Shown one piece after another: positions 49,579 to 61,761 of a stretch of DNA of 64,000 nucleotides. The position numbers and the translations under genes were made by a program. The notes below the pieces were generated by a model, which worked only from the letters and a program-made list of their open reading frames with translations, did not search any database and was not told the origin of the DNA. The DNA is from Fistulifera solaris. Lineage: Eukaryota. Where the stretch lies: NCBI GenBank assembly GCA_030295235.1, contig AP026143.1, positions 248,001-312,000 on the forward strand, written 5' to 3'. Within the stretch, counting starts at the first letter, position 1. Each line of letters starts with the position of its first letter.

Positions 49579-50670
49579 CTACAATTCATCTTGTTTCTCT
49601 TCTTCCTGCTCGTCCTCTTTACTTTCCTCTTTTTCTCTTTTCACCGAAGCTAAAACACAGTCCAAAAATGCCTGTACAGGATTCCCTGCCGCAATCGCAT
49701 CTTGACCATCCGCAGGATCCAGTTGAAAGTTGGCCAAGACGGTGTAAAAGCCCGACCAGTCGTCATCCGGCATCAAAGTAGCAGTCAGGTGACGAAGCGT
49801 TTGTTGTACGGCCGGCGAGCGTAAATTTTCTTCCAAATACTCGGCTGAGCGTTGTTCGGGAGGTAAGAGTTCCATCAATCGATTTCGAGCACCTTCATCT
49901 TGCAAAATGCCGGTAATCGCTTCGGGTGTGACCACGTCAGACAAAACAGGGCCCGGTGCACTACGTGATCCCTGATCCTGAATACTTGCCATGGCTCCTT
50001 GCAAATCGGCCAAGGTGAGAGTCGCCCGAGCTCCACTGGGCTCATCGGTCGACATTTCCGACGAAGAACTCTGCGGCATACCCAAATTCTCTAAAATATT
50101 CGACAAAGCATCCACTTGGTTCGCATTGGTGGTGCTACTGGCCCGATTTGCACTCGTTTGAGCCGAATCGTCGGTCTCCATGCGATCCGATTCGGGTGCG
50201 GCCTTTTTCGGATCCGCGAGATACTCATTAATGGAAGCTACAATTTCATCGTCCTTCTCTTCACTGGCATCCTGCATCCAGTACATTTTGTAACGCTCTT
50301 GTTCATCTTCGACATCCGGACGCGTCCATACATAAATACGATCGTTCTCGTGCTTCTTGCCCGTCATCGGTACGCGTTCAAACGTCCCCGCCGAACTACT
50401 ATCAATGACAAATTCATCGCGCACTTCCCGATCACGACGATCGTACCATTGCCATTTGAGGGCATTATCTTTCCACAGCAAGCGAATTTCACCGCGGGTA
50501 CGAATCGACTCGCATTGAAAGGACACGGGTTCTTGTGCTTGTTTCGTCAAAGCCATTTTGCCGGCCTTGACCGAGACGAGCGGCGCCGGCTCGTCGTTGC
50601 TCGTTGGGTTGTTGCTTTCTCTCTGGAGGCGACGATTCGCGCCGATTTGATCAAAAAAGTCGGAATACAT
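49579..50670 (-). CDS. RPN13: Proteasomal ubiquitin receptor Rpn13/ADRM1
   Basis: Pru domain (KAGKM...RG...RIYV...YWMQ) and C-terminal DEUBAD-like domain (LEENLRSP). Confidence 0.85.
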   Translation of the reverse strand: MYSDFFDQIGANRRLQRESNNPTSNDEPAPLVSVKAGKMALTKQAQEPVSFQCESIRTRGEIRLLWKDNALKWQWYDRRDREVRDEFVIDSSSAGTFERVPMTGKKHENDRIYVWTRPDVEDEQERYKMYWMQDASEEKDDEIVASINEYLADPKKAAPESDRMETDDSAQTSANRASSTTNANQVDALSNILENLGMPQSSSSEMSTDEPSGARATLTLADLQGAMASIQDQGSRSAPGPVLSDVVTPEAITGILQDEGARNRLMELLPPEQRSAEYLEENLRSPAVQQTLRHLTATLMPDDDWSGFYTVLANFQLDPADGQDAIAAGNPVQAFLDCVLASVKREKEESKEDEQEEEKQDEL

Positions 50671-51487
50671 GATAAAGAAAGTGTTGATTGCTGAAATAAA
50701 CTTTATAATAATGCTAGAAGCGACTAATAAAGACAATAAGAATAGTTGTGTTGCTGCTGCTATCTCTTCCAGCATCGATGAGTTTCGTCATGACTCGCAA
50801 CAGTTCGTGACTCGAGGAAGAAGCTGTAGCTAGACGTACAGATGGCAGGACGATTTATCTATTAACCTTATTGTAGCAATAACTTCCGTACTCTTCTTCC
50901 CAGTGTCCAATGGCGTGTGGCGGACGATTATGACGCCACATAGATACTCCGCTAACGCCAGTACACGTTCTACGTTAGTTTTACGCAGATTTGAGTCATT
51001 TTTCCCGTGTGCTTATTATTTCTGTGATCTTCAATTACGGCTCTATCGTCGCATCGTCGCACTAATTGGTGGCTGTAATACAACATTGCATACCAACGCA
51101 AAGCAACTGATGGTCTTGCGAGACTTCCCTGGGGAGTCTAATTACGTGGTGCTCAGTGCAAAGAGGCCTTGCAAGGAGAAAGCAGTTTACAAATCCATGG
51201 AGGAGTGTTTGTAGAGGGCGCTGTCAATCGCTTGACCAACTAAGAAGCAATGAACCTGTAAACTATTTCTTATGATTATCACTTCCGTGGAGAAGGATCC
51301 TGTGCTGACTCGTCTTTTGCCGAGCCTCTGCTATGCTGATCCAAATTGTTCAGATTGGCTTGAACAAGCTGACTCACCATATCCTGTGGAGTATTCGCGA
51401 CGGGCGGCAATCCTTGCATCAAATGACTTGACGGAAAGTTTCCTGGTCGGTTTTGTGCTGAAAAGGAGTTGTTATGCAGCAATGGCA

Positions 51488-52442
51488 TTAGCATATTGCG
51501 GATGGATTCGGCGGAAGGGCCCATGCGAGAAATATCAAGGTGACTCGGCAACGAGGGAAGTTCATTATGAAAACCTTGTCGCAGTAAAGGGAAGAATCGA
51601 CATGCTGATTATGCTGTCGTAGCTTTCGTTGAATCAGCTCGTCTAGTGCGGAAACATCATTTACCGCAGTAAGTCCTGCAGGCAACCCATTGATGGGATT
51701 GATGAAGGAGGGTGCAGCCGACGGAGGGTTAAAAACACTGGCGGTACGAAGCGAATTTGAGGCCGGATTGAGCTGCAATGCCGCGGCCGACTGTCTTTCA
51801 GCAATGATCTGAGTCATCTGGCGAGATAGTTCGGCGTCAATAATAGAATTGGAGGAAGGTTGGCTGAGTAAATTCCCTGGTGGCCAGATGAGAGGGGCGA
51901 TAGACTGACTATCTGCTAATATTGAGGAAGTTGCCGTTCTCTGTAGTAGTGCGTTCCTATGAGCATCAAGTTGCTGAGCCCTTGCCAGACTAGATTGCTG
52001 TAAACATGATCGTTCGTATTCAGCGGCGATTTTTAAAGCACGCCTTAATAGTTCCTCCAATCTTTGGCCTTCAATCTTAAGTCGCGCGTTTTCTCGTTGA
52101 GCCTCAACGCTTTTTTTGCGAAAGCTCTGCAACAACTCTCTTTTTCTTTTCGCGTTTTCTTCTAGAATAAATAATGTTCATTTTGCGCTTTTTCAAGGAA
52201 ATCGAATTTTCTTCGCAACTGGAGGACGGTGCCGGTTCAACGTCACGCGATGTTGCGTCGCATTCACTATCGGTGCCAAGCGATTGCGTTGAATTGCTGT
52301 TAGAAATGGGTGCACTATTTTTCGAAATTAATGCTTCAGGCTTCCGATCGTCTTCCAACGCCGCGGTTTCATTATTGCATTCTGATTCATCGATTTTCAC
52401 GGCATTGCTTTTGTGACTATTCCTCCCTATTTCTTCCGACAT
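51488..52442 (-). CDS. bZIP-like transcription factor; apparent frameshift in the T7 run ~52111; 3' end uncertain
   Basis: Basic region KRKMNIIYSRRKREKKKR followed, in the shifted frame, by heptad repeat VEAQRENARLKIEGQRLEELL. Confidence 0.65.
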
Positions 52443-52809
52443 GGCGCCTCTCGAATCTGCCAGGAAAGCAATCTGATTTTGCCTTTAATAATAAGTGCTT
52501 GTGTTTACTGGGGAACAAAGGACGTCGCGTTTGTTATCAAATGTTAGATGATCAGCGTGGAAATTTTTTATGTTTCGGTTCAGCGGCCACGTCGATCGTC
52601 GATGGGGCAGTCGATGAGGCTTGGAGACTATAAAGTCAGAAATGCTGTGCAGTAACAAAGGGGGCCGGAAATTTACGGCTGGGCATCACTTCTCCCTTCT
52701 CCAAAACTCTAAAATGTCTAGTGTCTAGTGTTTCCACTTTCTTTTTCTGTCCACGAGACCGTGTTCTTTCGGAAAATACCTTAGCTAATTTTTTTGAGCA
52801 GCTCGTAAC

Positions 52810-54199
52810 CAGGCCTCTTTATTTTGGTCAAGATACCAAAATAGTAGCTTTTTCGCCAAACTAGTCTTGAAAATATGACCAAAATAAGGTATTTTGGTTT
52901 TTGGTCAAGTGATTGACCACTATTTCTGCTTAGCGAATATGTTGTTTTCTAAATAGTTTTAATTGAATGGCTATGCTTTTTAATGCGCCGCAAATGTCTC
53001 TGTGCGATTGAATGTTTTGACACAGTTCTTTGCGTGCCATCACTCGACCTTCGCGCCCTTTCTTACGTCAAAAATGAGTGTGATCTGTTTGTCTATTTGA
53101 ACATAGCACAACCGTTGTTTAGAAGAGAATTTCAATGATTTAAGTGAAATCAGGAGATTGAAATTGGAGGATGCTTGCGTGCTCGTGCCTGCTTGCTCGA
53201 TTTTCCCCCACCAAATTTTCCGGGAGACTGCCATTATTCTCCAAGTTGTTTTGAATTGATCTTCCGCCATGAGGTTGATTGTTCTGGAAAAAGGAAGAAG
53301 CAGAAGGATTCTATGGCTTCAAATGTCGTGGTTGGATGCGTACACCCTTGAAGTTACAGCCATGGAGGGCAACAAAATTGTCTGCGTGACATGCACATTC
53401 TCTCTCTAATGTGGACGCGATAAGCCGTCGCCCGAGTCCGTCGCCCAAGGCCTAAAGGGCAACCACGGATGGCAAAAGCTTTTACCTGCGACGCTTCTAA
53501 CATTGGCACGGTAGCTAGTTGATTAGTCACGCTCAGGGCCTACATCAGAATACACATGAGGAATAAAACAATTTGACGAAGAAAGAAAAGCCGGCGTGTT
53601 TTGGAAAAAGGATTAAAGCGAAAAAATCTTCGACTGTGAAATTCCAAAATGGCAGCGTTAGATTCACGAGTTGAGTCTCCTTCACTTCGTGGAGTTTGAG
53701 AAGCAGTTTCCTCCTGGTTGACATGCAGCCAAATGCCTGCCTTCTTTTGAATTCAACTGCACAGTGATGCAAACCGAGACTTCATCAGTGATAAGTTTGA
53801 GATTTTCTTGCAAAGTGCAGGCCTTGCATTGGAGCTTCTGAAGGATTATGGTAGCTTTGCAACGACGATGGCGGGAACTGCGTTTGTCTTGTTGGACTTC
53901 AAAGAATAAGTAAATCAGACAGTCAATCCAGTACTATGACAGACTTTACTTTGGAGTCTATCTTACAGTGAAACTAATTTGATAATCTCCTTGACATGCT
54001 ATAGAATTTGTGAGGTTTGCGATGATCTTATTAGTGATGTGATTGTGCAACACCCGTAATATTACGTGACGAGATTTCATGGTACATTTTCTACGTAGGT
54101 CTACGTACAAAGCTAAAATAAACCAAAATAATATTGAAAATATGACCAAAATAACCTATTTTGGTATTTTGGTCACGAAAGCCAAAATAAAGAGGCCTG
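52810..54199. mobile_element. Non-autonomous hAT-superfamily DNA transposon (~1390 bp)
   Basis: Perfect 18-bp TIRs CAGGCCTCTTTATTTTGG / CCAAAATAAAGAGGCCTG; exact 8-bp TSD CTCGTAAC at 52802-52809 and 54200-54207; subterminal CCAAAAT/ATTTTGG repeats; no intact transposase ORF. Confidence 0.9.
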
Positions 54200-55232
54200 C
54201 TCGTAACTCGTAAGGAACTGTATTCTGAATGCCGGAGACTTATAAAATCTCTAGCTTTACCTATAGTCTATAGTCTATACTCTATACTCCATCGTTCTAG
54301 CTCTTTATCTTGCGCCTGGCGCAGCACGCGACACGCGACGCGATAAGCGAAAAGGGGGCGATAACACCGATACTCCGCTTGAACTATTTTTTGGTCTGCT
54401 CCGTTTTCCTTTCCGCGTTCTCCGTTCTCCTATCTCCTACAGGCTACAGGCGTCTACAGTTTTTTTCTCCTCTCTATCAAAAGGAGCTGAGAGCTGTCAA
54501 TACTGTAACTTAAAAAGTAAAGCAATCTCTTTCACTGTTTAAAATGTTTGAGTTCTCCATTCGCGGGTTAGGTATTTTGTATTTTGTATTTTCCTCTTTA
54601 TGGCGCACTTGTCGCCGCCACTCCGCCACTTACGGACTTCGATACAAAAATAGAGCATCATCAATGCAACAATCTTGCCTCATGTCGTGGTTCTCGTTTG
54701 TTCCGTGTTCGGACCAAATCTTCCGTACTCTCTACATGAAGCTGTCGCGTTTCGTGGTCCGTGTGGGTCGTATAGATCATCGCCGAACGTTGAGAAGCAA
54801 GACGCAAGACTTCTTCAATCTTCAAGGTCTTAAACAAAACGCAAAATGCCGGTATTCGGGAATACGAATTTCGGATGGACTGTCGAGGTCTTATGTACTA
54901 CCTCAGGCCGACAACCGACAACCGACAACGACAACCTACGAGCTACAGGCTACAGGTACGAGAGCCACGAAGCCACGAAGCCACGAAGGAACAAAAGCAA
55001 CGAACAACGAACAACGAACCCATTATTTGAAATCTGAGAACTATTGGGACTTTTTGACTTTTTGTATCTGAAACCCAAGACTAAAGTCTAGACTCTATAC
55101 TTGTACAGTCTGAAAGCTAGCGTCTAGAGAATCTAAATCCTAGAGATTCTAGAGCGCTTGGCGTTGCTCTCGTTGACTTTTATCTTTTCATTATTGTCGG
55201 CAGTCGTAAATCAAGCGTATGGCGTATGGCGC
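54200..55232. repeat. Cluster of many different 7-8-bp tandem duplications
   Basis: Examples: CTATAGT x2/CTATACT x2, CACGCGA x2, CTACAGG x2, GTATTTT x3, CCGACAA x3, AGCCACGA x3, CAACGAA x3, GCGTATG x2. Confidence 0.85.
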
Positions 55233-55570
55233 CCTTCGGAATTGATGGTGTTAGACGTTGATGATTAGACGCTGCATAAAAATTGATTTTAGTCCTTGGG
55301 TATTTTGGAACGCGAAGAACCGTCGAAGCTAAGCTTCAGATGCCTGACTAATCAAAGTAGAAAATATGGTCCTAATTTATTTTAGTTTAGGATTATACTA
55401 TCAAAGCAGCAAAAAGACGAGCCGTTCTTAACTCTCCAGGCAGTGGGAATAAGGGCATCGTGAGATAGGCGTTGAATGAATTGCTGAGAAAGGGAGTTCA
55501 ACAAAGAGGTGAATCCGCTACAGCGTCAAATCTGGCAGAATGGTTCGCTACAATACGTCGATGAGCAACC

Positions 55571-57232
55571 TTAAGAATCCTTGACTTTCAAATCCTTCCA
55601 TTGATCAGGGAATACGTCGTCAGAAAGTCCAATGGGATGTCGAAAAGCATTCTTCAGATGTTGGTCAGTGGTATATGATTTGTCGGAAAAGCGAATGGCT
55701 TTGCGAGGCACGTGCGTAACAATATGGACGGACGGGACGCGCTCGTTGGCTGACAACCCTAAGCGATTCAAGATTCGAACCGTAAACAATCCCTTGCTTT
55801 CGTCGCGCTCTAAAACGGTGCAGGGTCTCAAATTTGTTAATTCAAATGTATGTCGTGTTTGTTGCCATTGAACGGTCACAAGGGCAGTAGGATCGGCATT
55901 GTGAGTTGAGTGAGCAAAGTCCTGGTACCGATAGAAGCAAGACGTAAAAATGTTGGCGGGATATGGATATGTCTGTAGCTCTTCTTGCGTACGTAGCACT
56001 TTCACCACATCATCCATGACATAGCTAGGCGTATAAGGATCCTCATGTTTACCGGGAGAGGCAGGCGTCCATGTTTCGACATGGTGTACCCAAGCTTCGA
56101 TCCAATCCGGTCCGTAATCCAGCAAAATTTCTTGACCTACCGCAATATCACGCAAAGCAACCAGTTTCAAAAGAAACTTGGGAGCACGCGGTGCTTGCGG
56201 ATCTTGCCATTGCGTCAAGTTGGTCAACGACACGTCATTCGGTACTGTGTCCCATTCCAAACGAACATTGGCGTATTGACCACCCCCGTGGTTGACGAGA
56301 TGCATACCCGGCCCGTAGGGATACAGCAAGACCGACGATTCGTTGTGTCCGAAACAGTAATTCAGCAATAGTTGCTTGAAGTGATCCACCGGGGAGCCGC
56401 CTTTTGATACTCTCGTGATATCCAACGCACGCGGATCGGTGATCGCCATGACCGGAACCGGTAGTACAACCGACCCTTGTCGTATCTTCCGAGCGGCAAA
56501 CAAACCTCGTCCCGCATCCGGTAAAATGGAACGTCCTGGTTTCACATTGTCGAGACAAAAGCCGTGCTGACGCAGAAACTCGAGAGGTCGACGGGTGGCC
56601 AGAGAGGCTGGAGATTGCTGAATGCGCGCGTTCCGTTCCGGAAACCTGTCTGGTTTATAATTCACAAGAATTTCATCTCCAGCTACCATCGGTTTCTTGA
56701 CAAACCACGTGTAATTGTGATAATGTGTAATGGCCCCCGCTCCGGGCGATTCGGTGCGGGTGAGACCGGCTTCATCGACCATCGGCACAAAGGGCAGCAC
56801 ATTGTTTTCTTGCAAAAGTCCATTCGCGAGCATTCCGATTCCGGGGATGGATGATAGTACCTGCTGTCCTTCGTAAAAGCCTCCCGTTTCTTCGGCACTC
56901 CACCAGTATTCGTCCAATAAACGTTGCAACGCGACCGCGTACGTCACATTTAAGTCGGTCACTTGAACGACGACATCTCCATACAATAGAGGAGTACCTC
57001 GTTCGGGGCGATCGATTAATGTGAAGACACCCCATCCTCCATTCGGCACAGTGGATTCGGCCATGACCAGTTGACATTCCGGAGGAATCAAGGGTTCAAG
57101 AGAGCAAGTGCCGTCATTGTCGCAGACGGCTTCTTCGTCGGATACTGCGGTGCATCGATGAAAAAGGGCGCACAGAAGGAAGATGTAAATGAATCGAAAT
57201 CTTGTGCACCGTTGGTTGTTCGACCCGATCAT
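55571..57232 (-). CDS. Secreted tandem SET-domain protein (diatom-type methyltransferase family)
   Basis: Signal peptide; SET-1 (ESTVPNGGWGVF...AGDEILVNY) and SET-2 (SILPDAGRGLFA...VNH...ALRDIAVGQEILLDYG). Confidence 0.85.
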   Translation of the reverse strand: MIGSNNQRCTRFRFIYIFLLCALFHRCTAVSDEEAVCDNDGTCSLEPLIPPECQLVMAESTVPNGGWGVFTLIDRPERGTPLLYGDVVVQVTDLNVTYAVALQRLLDEYWWSAEETGGFYEGQQVLSSIPGIGMLANGLLQENNVLPFVPMVDEAGLTRTESPGAGAITHYHNYTWFVKKPMVAGDEILVNYKPDRFPERNARIQQSPASLATRRPLEFLRQHGFCLDNVKPGRSILPDAGRGLFAARKIRQGSVVLPVPVMAITDPRALDITRVSKGGSPVDHFKQLLLNYCFGHNESSVLLYPYGPGMHLVNHGGGQYANVRLEWDTVPNDVSLTNLTQWQDPQAPRAPKFLLKLVALRDIAVGQEILLDYGPDWIEAWVHHVETWTPASPGKHEDPYTPSYVMDDVVKVLRTQEELQTYPYPANIFTSCFYRYQDFAHSTHNADPTALVTVQWQQTRHTFELTNLRPCTVLERDESKGLFTVRILNRLGLSANERVPSVHIVTHVPRKAIRFSDKSYTTDQHLKNAFRHPIGLSDDVFPDQWKDLKVKDS

Positions 57233-57736
57233 GTTATGAAAGTTTCATTTGGTGATGATAATGAGCATGATGTATTATTTTCGTCGTTTGATGTTATTGC
57301 GTTTCATTGCAATGCTTCGTCATTTACGACACTTTTGGTTGAAAAAGCACTATCTGCTACGAAGTATCCGTGAAAGTGTCGGTGAGACATCTCGGAAGAC
57401 TCAAAGATTTGAGTCCCGCAAGGCCGAAAAAGACCGCAAGTATATGGTAGTCTTCGTCATCCTAGACAAACACGGGATAGATGTTTACTGTAGGTTCATT
57501 GATCACTGTTTTCGAAAAATTCAGTTCATACTATTGATTGCAATGGCTTATGTTAAGTCAATGGATATTTTAGCTTTTCATTATCTAGATAACCATGTCT
57601 CCTATTTGACTTTTTCACAAATTAGAAGAAGCACGGTTCACTGCATCGACGATTCTATTCATAACTTATCTGGTATATATAGTTGCTCTAAATAGTACAT
57701 ATATATAGCTAGCTAAGTCGTTCAGAGGACAATAAT

Positions 57737-58611
57737 TCATTCTACCATGGCCATTGTGGACACGGGAGTAGCAGGAGTGGGTTGTCCGGTCGAAGGTTGA
57801 TACGCCAATTTTGGCGACCGGTAGGGAGCAGACGAACTGGATAACCGCAATGTTTTGACCGATCTAGGCGGATCGATTGCCAAGGCTTTGTACAGTTCCC
57901 GTTGGGCTTCGATAACTGAGGCACACCTACGGTCGATGCCTAAAACGTTGGACAGGAGGTCGATCAAATGATCTCGGTCGCACAAGCTGAGGCTCTCGAT
58001 TGCATTCGCCATAGAAGCAAACGCGATGGTCGAAGATTTTGTTACTGCAAAATAGGAAAGAGGCAGCAGTAGTTCGTATTGCATCTGAGCCAACTCAAAG
58101 ACCGCTTCCCGCGTGTCATCGTTCATGTCAGACGGTAAAGGGCCCGCATTTCGCGCAGAAACGCGCCAGCGGTCGGAGGATTCACTCTCCAGTTCAATGC
58201 TGATAACATACAAGCTTCTGCCTGTTCGATATCGTGAACGGTGTAACGGTTGCCACACAGTTGTAGGAGCGACCTGGGATGCATGGCTTGCTTCGCATGT
58301 ATCTTCACAGCAATGTAGAATGCGCCAAGACTCGCAAGTTGGTATTGCGATGGATCCGTACGAGCAGTTACGCCTTGTGTAGTCCCAAGAAAGCAGTTTA
58401 GAATGGAAGCAGCGATTTCGGCAATCTCACGATGGAAGTCAAAGAAATCGACAACGCGCAGATACCAGCTGACGATTTTTTCGTAGCTGTCCTTCGCCAG
58501 CAATGGAGCGTCGATTTCTTTGATACAATGCAGTGAAGACTTGCAATAAACTGTGTCTTCTTGAATTCTCATAACATGAATGTGTTCGCAAGTCTCCTCG
58601 AAGCTCGTCAT
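57737..58611 (-). CDS. Cyclin (diatom-specific type); apparent frameshift ~58138
   Basis: IVSWYLRVVDFF...YQLASLGAFYIAVKI...EACMLSALNWRVNPPT cyclin box; the C-terminal half is in the shifted frame. Confidence 0.85.
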
Positions 58612-59412
58612 CGTTTGGATCTTTCTTGGTTGGCTTTTTTTATGAGAAAGGTGGAAAGGTGGCGCAATTCTGGAGCCAGCTGCGATTTTTTGCGAAGCAC
58701 TTTTTCGAAACGTCAGCAATATTGACGTATTTAGTATAGTGCGACACGGATCCACGTCACCTTTCGGAATCTCGTAGACGCCGATACTTAACGCAGTTGT
58801 CCACGTCACCTCATCATGAACTAGTTCTGTAACTGTAATGTCGAAAGTACATCTTGTTCTAGGTGCGACAATCGGAAACCGGACACAGGAAGGCGTTCTT
58901 GTTTTCGGTTCTTGCCGCGCATTGACGTGTGTGTCGGCCATGCGGATCAGATGTCACGCTTTATTGTCACACGTCACCATCACCCCGAAAAAGAAACCGT
59001 GCTCTCCAATATTGGATACCAGATCGACACACTCTGACTTCATGGCGTTCGCATACTGTGTTTGTTACTGTACAATCGGAAGGTTTGAAAAAATCAATTC
59101 AATAAAAACGGCCTCCAAGAAGACCGTTGGGCGCGCCAAAAATATTTGAATTATGTCTAAATAGAGAGACTTAGATGTAAGTATTGGCTATCAACGGAGT
59201 TGCCAGTTTTCCCGCCATGCTAAAGTCATGGATGAACGGCCAGCCAAAAATTTGGAGATCGTAACTAGACACCTCGCAATACAAATCAATAGAGAGAACT
59301 AAGCATCAAGATGGTGAACGAGTCTTCATTCTTCTAAAGACCCCGTGACTCCTGCCCTGTTTCGTTAATAAACATTTGCAGAAGAAAAGAATTCATTTTA
59401 TTGATAAATATA

Positions 59413-60575
59413 ATGTCGTCTTCTGAAGGTACTTCCACGGAGCAATCGGATGTTCACTCCACCCCCGTGAGAGGGAAAGATAAACGAAATACTATTGATG
59501 GAGAATCCAGTTCTTTGACAGCCACCCGGCCTCTGACGCGTAAGCTCGATCAACTGGTGCTATCGGATTCGATGAGTAACACTACAGTAACGCCGGACTC
59601 GAGCCGCGCGTCGCCGGTCAATGGAGGCTCCCCGGTCACCAGCCAAGTCTCGGTGGGGAGCGTGCATCGTTCTGCCGCGGCTGGTTTGCTGCCGAAACAC
59701 TACGATTTAACTCCCGTGATGCGCAATACATCTCACGAATACGTCGAGGATACGAAAAGAAGAAGGATCGATCCAGAATGGTGTCTCCGGATGATCAGGA
59801 TATGCTTTACGGAGAGCACTTGGCGTTACCCACGGGTCTGGGAAGTCATGGCCCTTCGATGCCCGGTCTCCACACCGAACGCCAGTCGGGACGACTCGAT
59901 GAACCCATACAATTTCCCTCCCGCAAATTTTACACCTTCACTAGCCGCGAGCAGTACGAAGAATCCATTTTTCATCCGCACCATCATCAGCCGTCTGGAT
60001 TGGTTCAATATCAACCAGATCGCGATGATGACTTTCGTGATATTGGTATATTAAACGACGAGGGCTTGGAAGAAATTTTTGCCGTTCGCGGTAAACGCTC
60101 GGGTGAAGGAATTCATAGACGGTTAGATGTGCAAGAGAATTCGATGTCTTCCATGGGGGAGCGGAATTCATCCATACCCAGTATCCACTTGGCTTATTCG
60201 ATGCATGGGAGTATCGCTTCTTATACCGAGTGCGACGATGAAGAAAGTCTTCAATTTCTTCGCGATGATAATTCTCTCAGTAGTCGAGGTTCCAGCTTGT
60301 ATCTTCCGGATCAAGACGATTTCACCGGACCGGGACTGTCGTTAGGACCATCGCAACGCGGCGCGGTTGTTTTAGAGGAACTACACCGGGTCATGAAAGA
60401 AAGGAAGCCCAAGCCAATGGAATGGCTTCAGTCTATGGAAGCGAAACAAGGTCAAGTGGCGGAAGCGGCATCATCGAAACTGTTACGGAGACATGCTTCG
60501 GATGAGTTTCCCCAGCGGAGACAAACGATGCCAGCGATCTTTAGTTCGGCTGACGCAAGGATTCACACTCCGTGA
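59413..60575 (+). CDS. Hypothetical Ser-rich disordered protein; apparent frameshift ~59760
   Basis: Two overlapping same-strand ORFs (59401-60054 and 59778-60575) of similar composition. Confidence 0.6.
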
Positions 60576-60693
60576 TGCGATTGAAATGCTCTATTACCAT
60601 AGTTAATGGGTCTAGAACTGACATTTTGAACTACAGTAGTACGTTGTAAAGAACTCGTCTGGCTAGAGAGGAAAGGAGTACATCAAAACATTA

Positions 60694-61761
60694 TCACGAT
60701 GCCACAGCTTGTTTGCGTGCCTCTAGTTCCGCGCACATACGCTTCCAAGTCTTCTTGTTGAGATGAACAAAGGCTTGACGGTGTTCACCCATCGGTTCAT
60801 TGTCTTTGGACATTTCATATCGAATGCCCCAATTCTTATCAACACCTACGTTGCCTCTCTTGATGAGAAACGAAAAATAGAAAAAGTTTTCGACGGTTTT
60901 GGTAAACGACTTCGGGTCCAGCAATATTTCCAATGGATCCAGAGGCTCCGGTGCCGGCGCTCCTTCTTTGATGCTGATATTGGCGTTGTATTTTTCCGTA
61001 ATGCGCTTGCGCATGTTGCTGACGCAGGTATCCGCTACCGACATGGTGGCCTTGTCCCCCTTCGCCACCACTTTTTCTTCATCGGGACGAACAGCTTCGG
61101 ACGTATCCTTGACCTTGGCTTCTCGTGCCTTTTTCGGCTTGGCGGCAATGCCCACTTCGTACTTTCCCGCCGCAAAGACGACCTTGGACGGGACCGCATT
61201 GTAGCAGACACCGGTTTGCACCCCCAACGTGGCCCAATCAAAGAAGGTATTCCCATCTTTTCGCATCGTGCACTGTTTCTTGAGAGCCGAAATGACTTTG
61301 ATGGCGTCGTAACGAGGGACCTACCAGAAAACGGGTACAGGGGTAAGTTATGCCGCACGAAATATCGCAATACACGAAACCATTCGTACCTGTACCGACT
61401 GCTCCACTTGTTTCGCGTAGTTGTTCGTTAGAAGAACGACATTATCCGCATCCAACACTAATTCTCGCGTGTAACTAACGTGTTGAAAGAGTTCATTGTT
61501 CGTGTCACGGACACCTTCGAGCGTCGGACGGTCTTCCTCTTCTTCTTGTGTCTCTTGCCCTCGTTGGCGCGTACGGTACGCTCCCGTCGCGAGCACATGA
61601 TGAATGTTGCGCTGTTCGACACGTAGTAGACGACGCTCTTCGTCGGTTTGACCTTCATCAAACACCTTGCGCTTCGTGCGTCGTTGACTCGACGACTTAT
61701 TGGCTCGCTTTTGTGCGCGTTTCACTTCCGGACTGGCGTGCATGGCCGTATCGTTCGACAT
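60694..61761 (-). CDS. NSE4: Smc5/6 complex kleisin Nse4/EID3
   Basis: ERRLLRVEQR...NNELFQHVSYTRELVLDA and LLDPKSFTKTVENFFYFSFLIKRG; intron ~61322-61389. Confidence 0.85.

Noticed and set aside
53040..54149. Transposase ORFs inside the hAT element
   Set aside because: Only short ORFs without DDE, BED-finger or dimerisation motifs.
54544..55071. 175-aa ORF as a real gene
   Set aside because: No recognisable domain and it is built from the tandem-duplication field; likely spurious.
5940..60640. Scattered TACAGTA/TACTGTA as Tc1 excision footprints
   Set aside because: The number seen is about what chance gives for a 7-mer in 64 kb.
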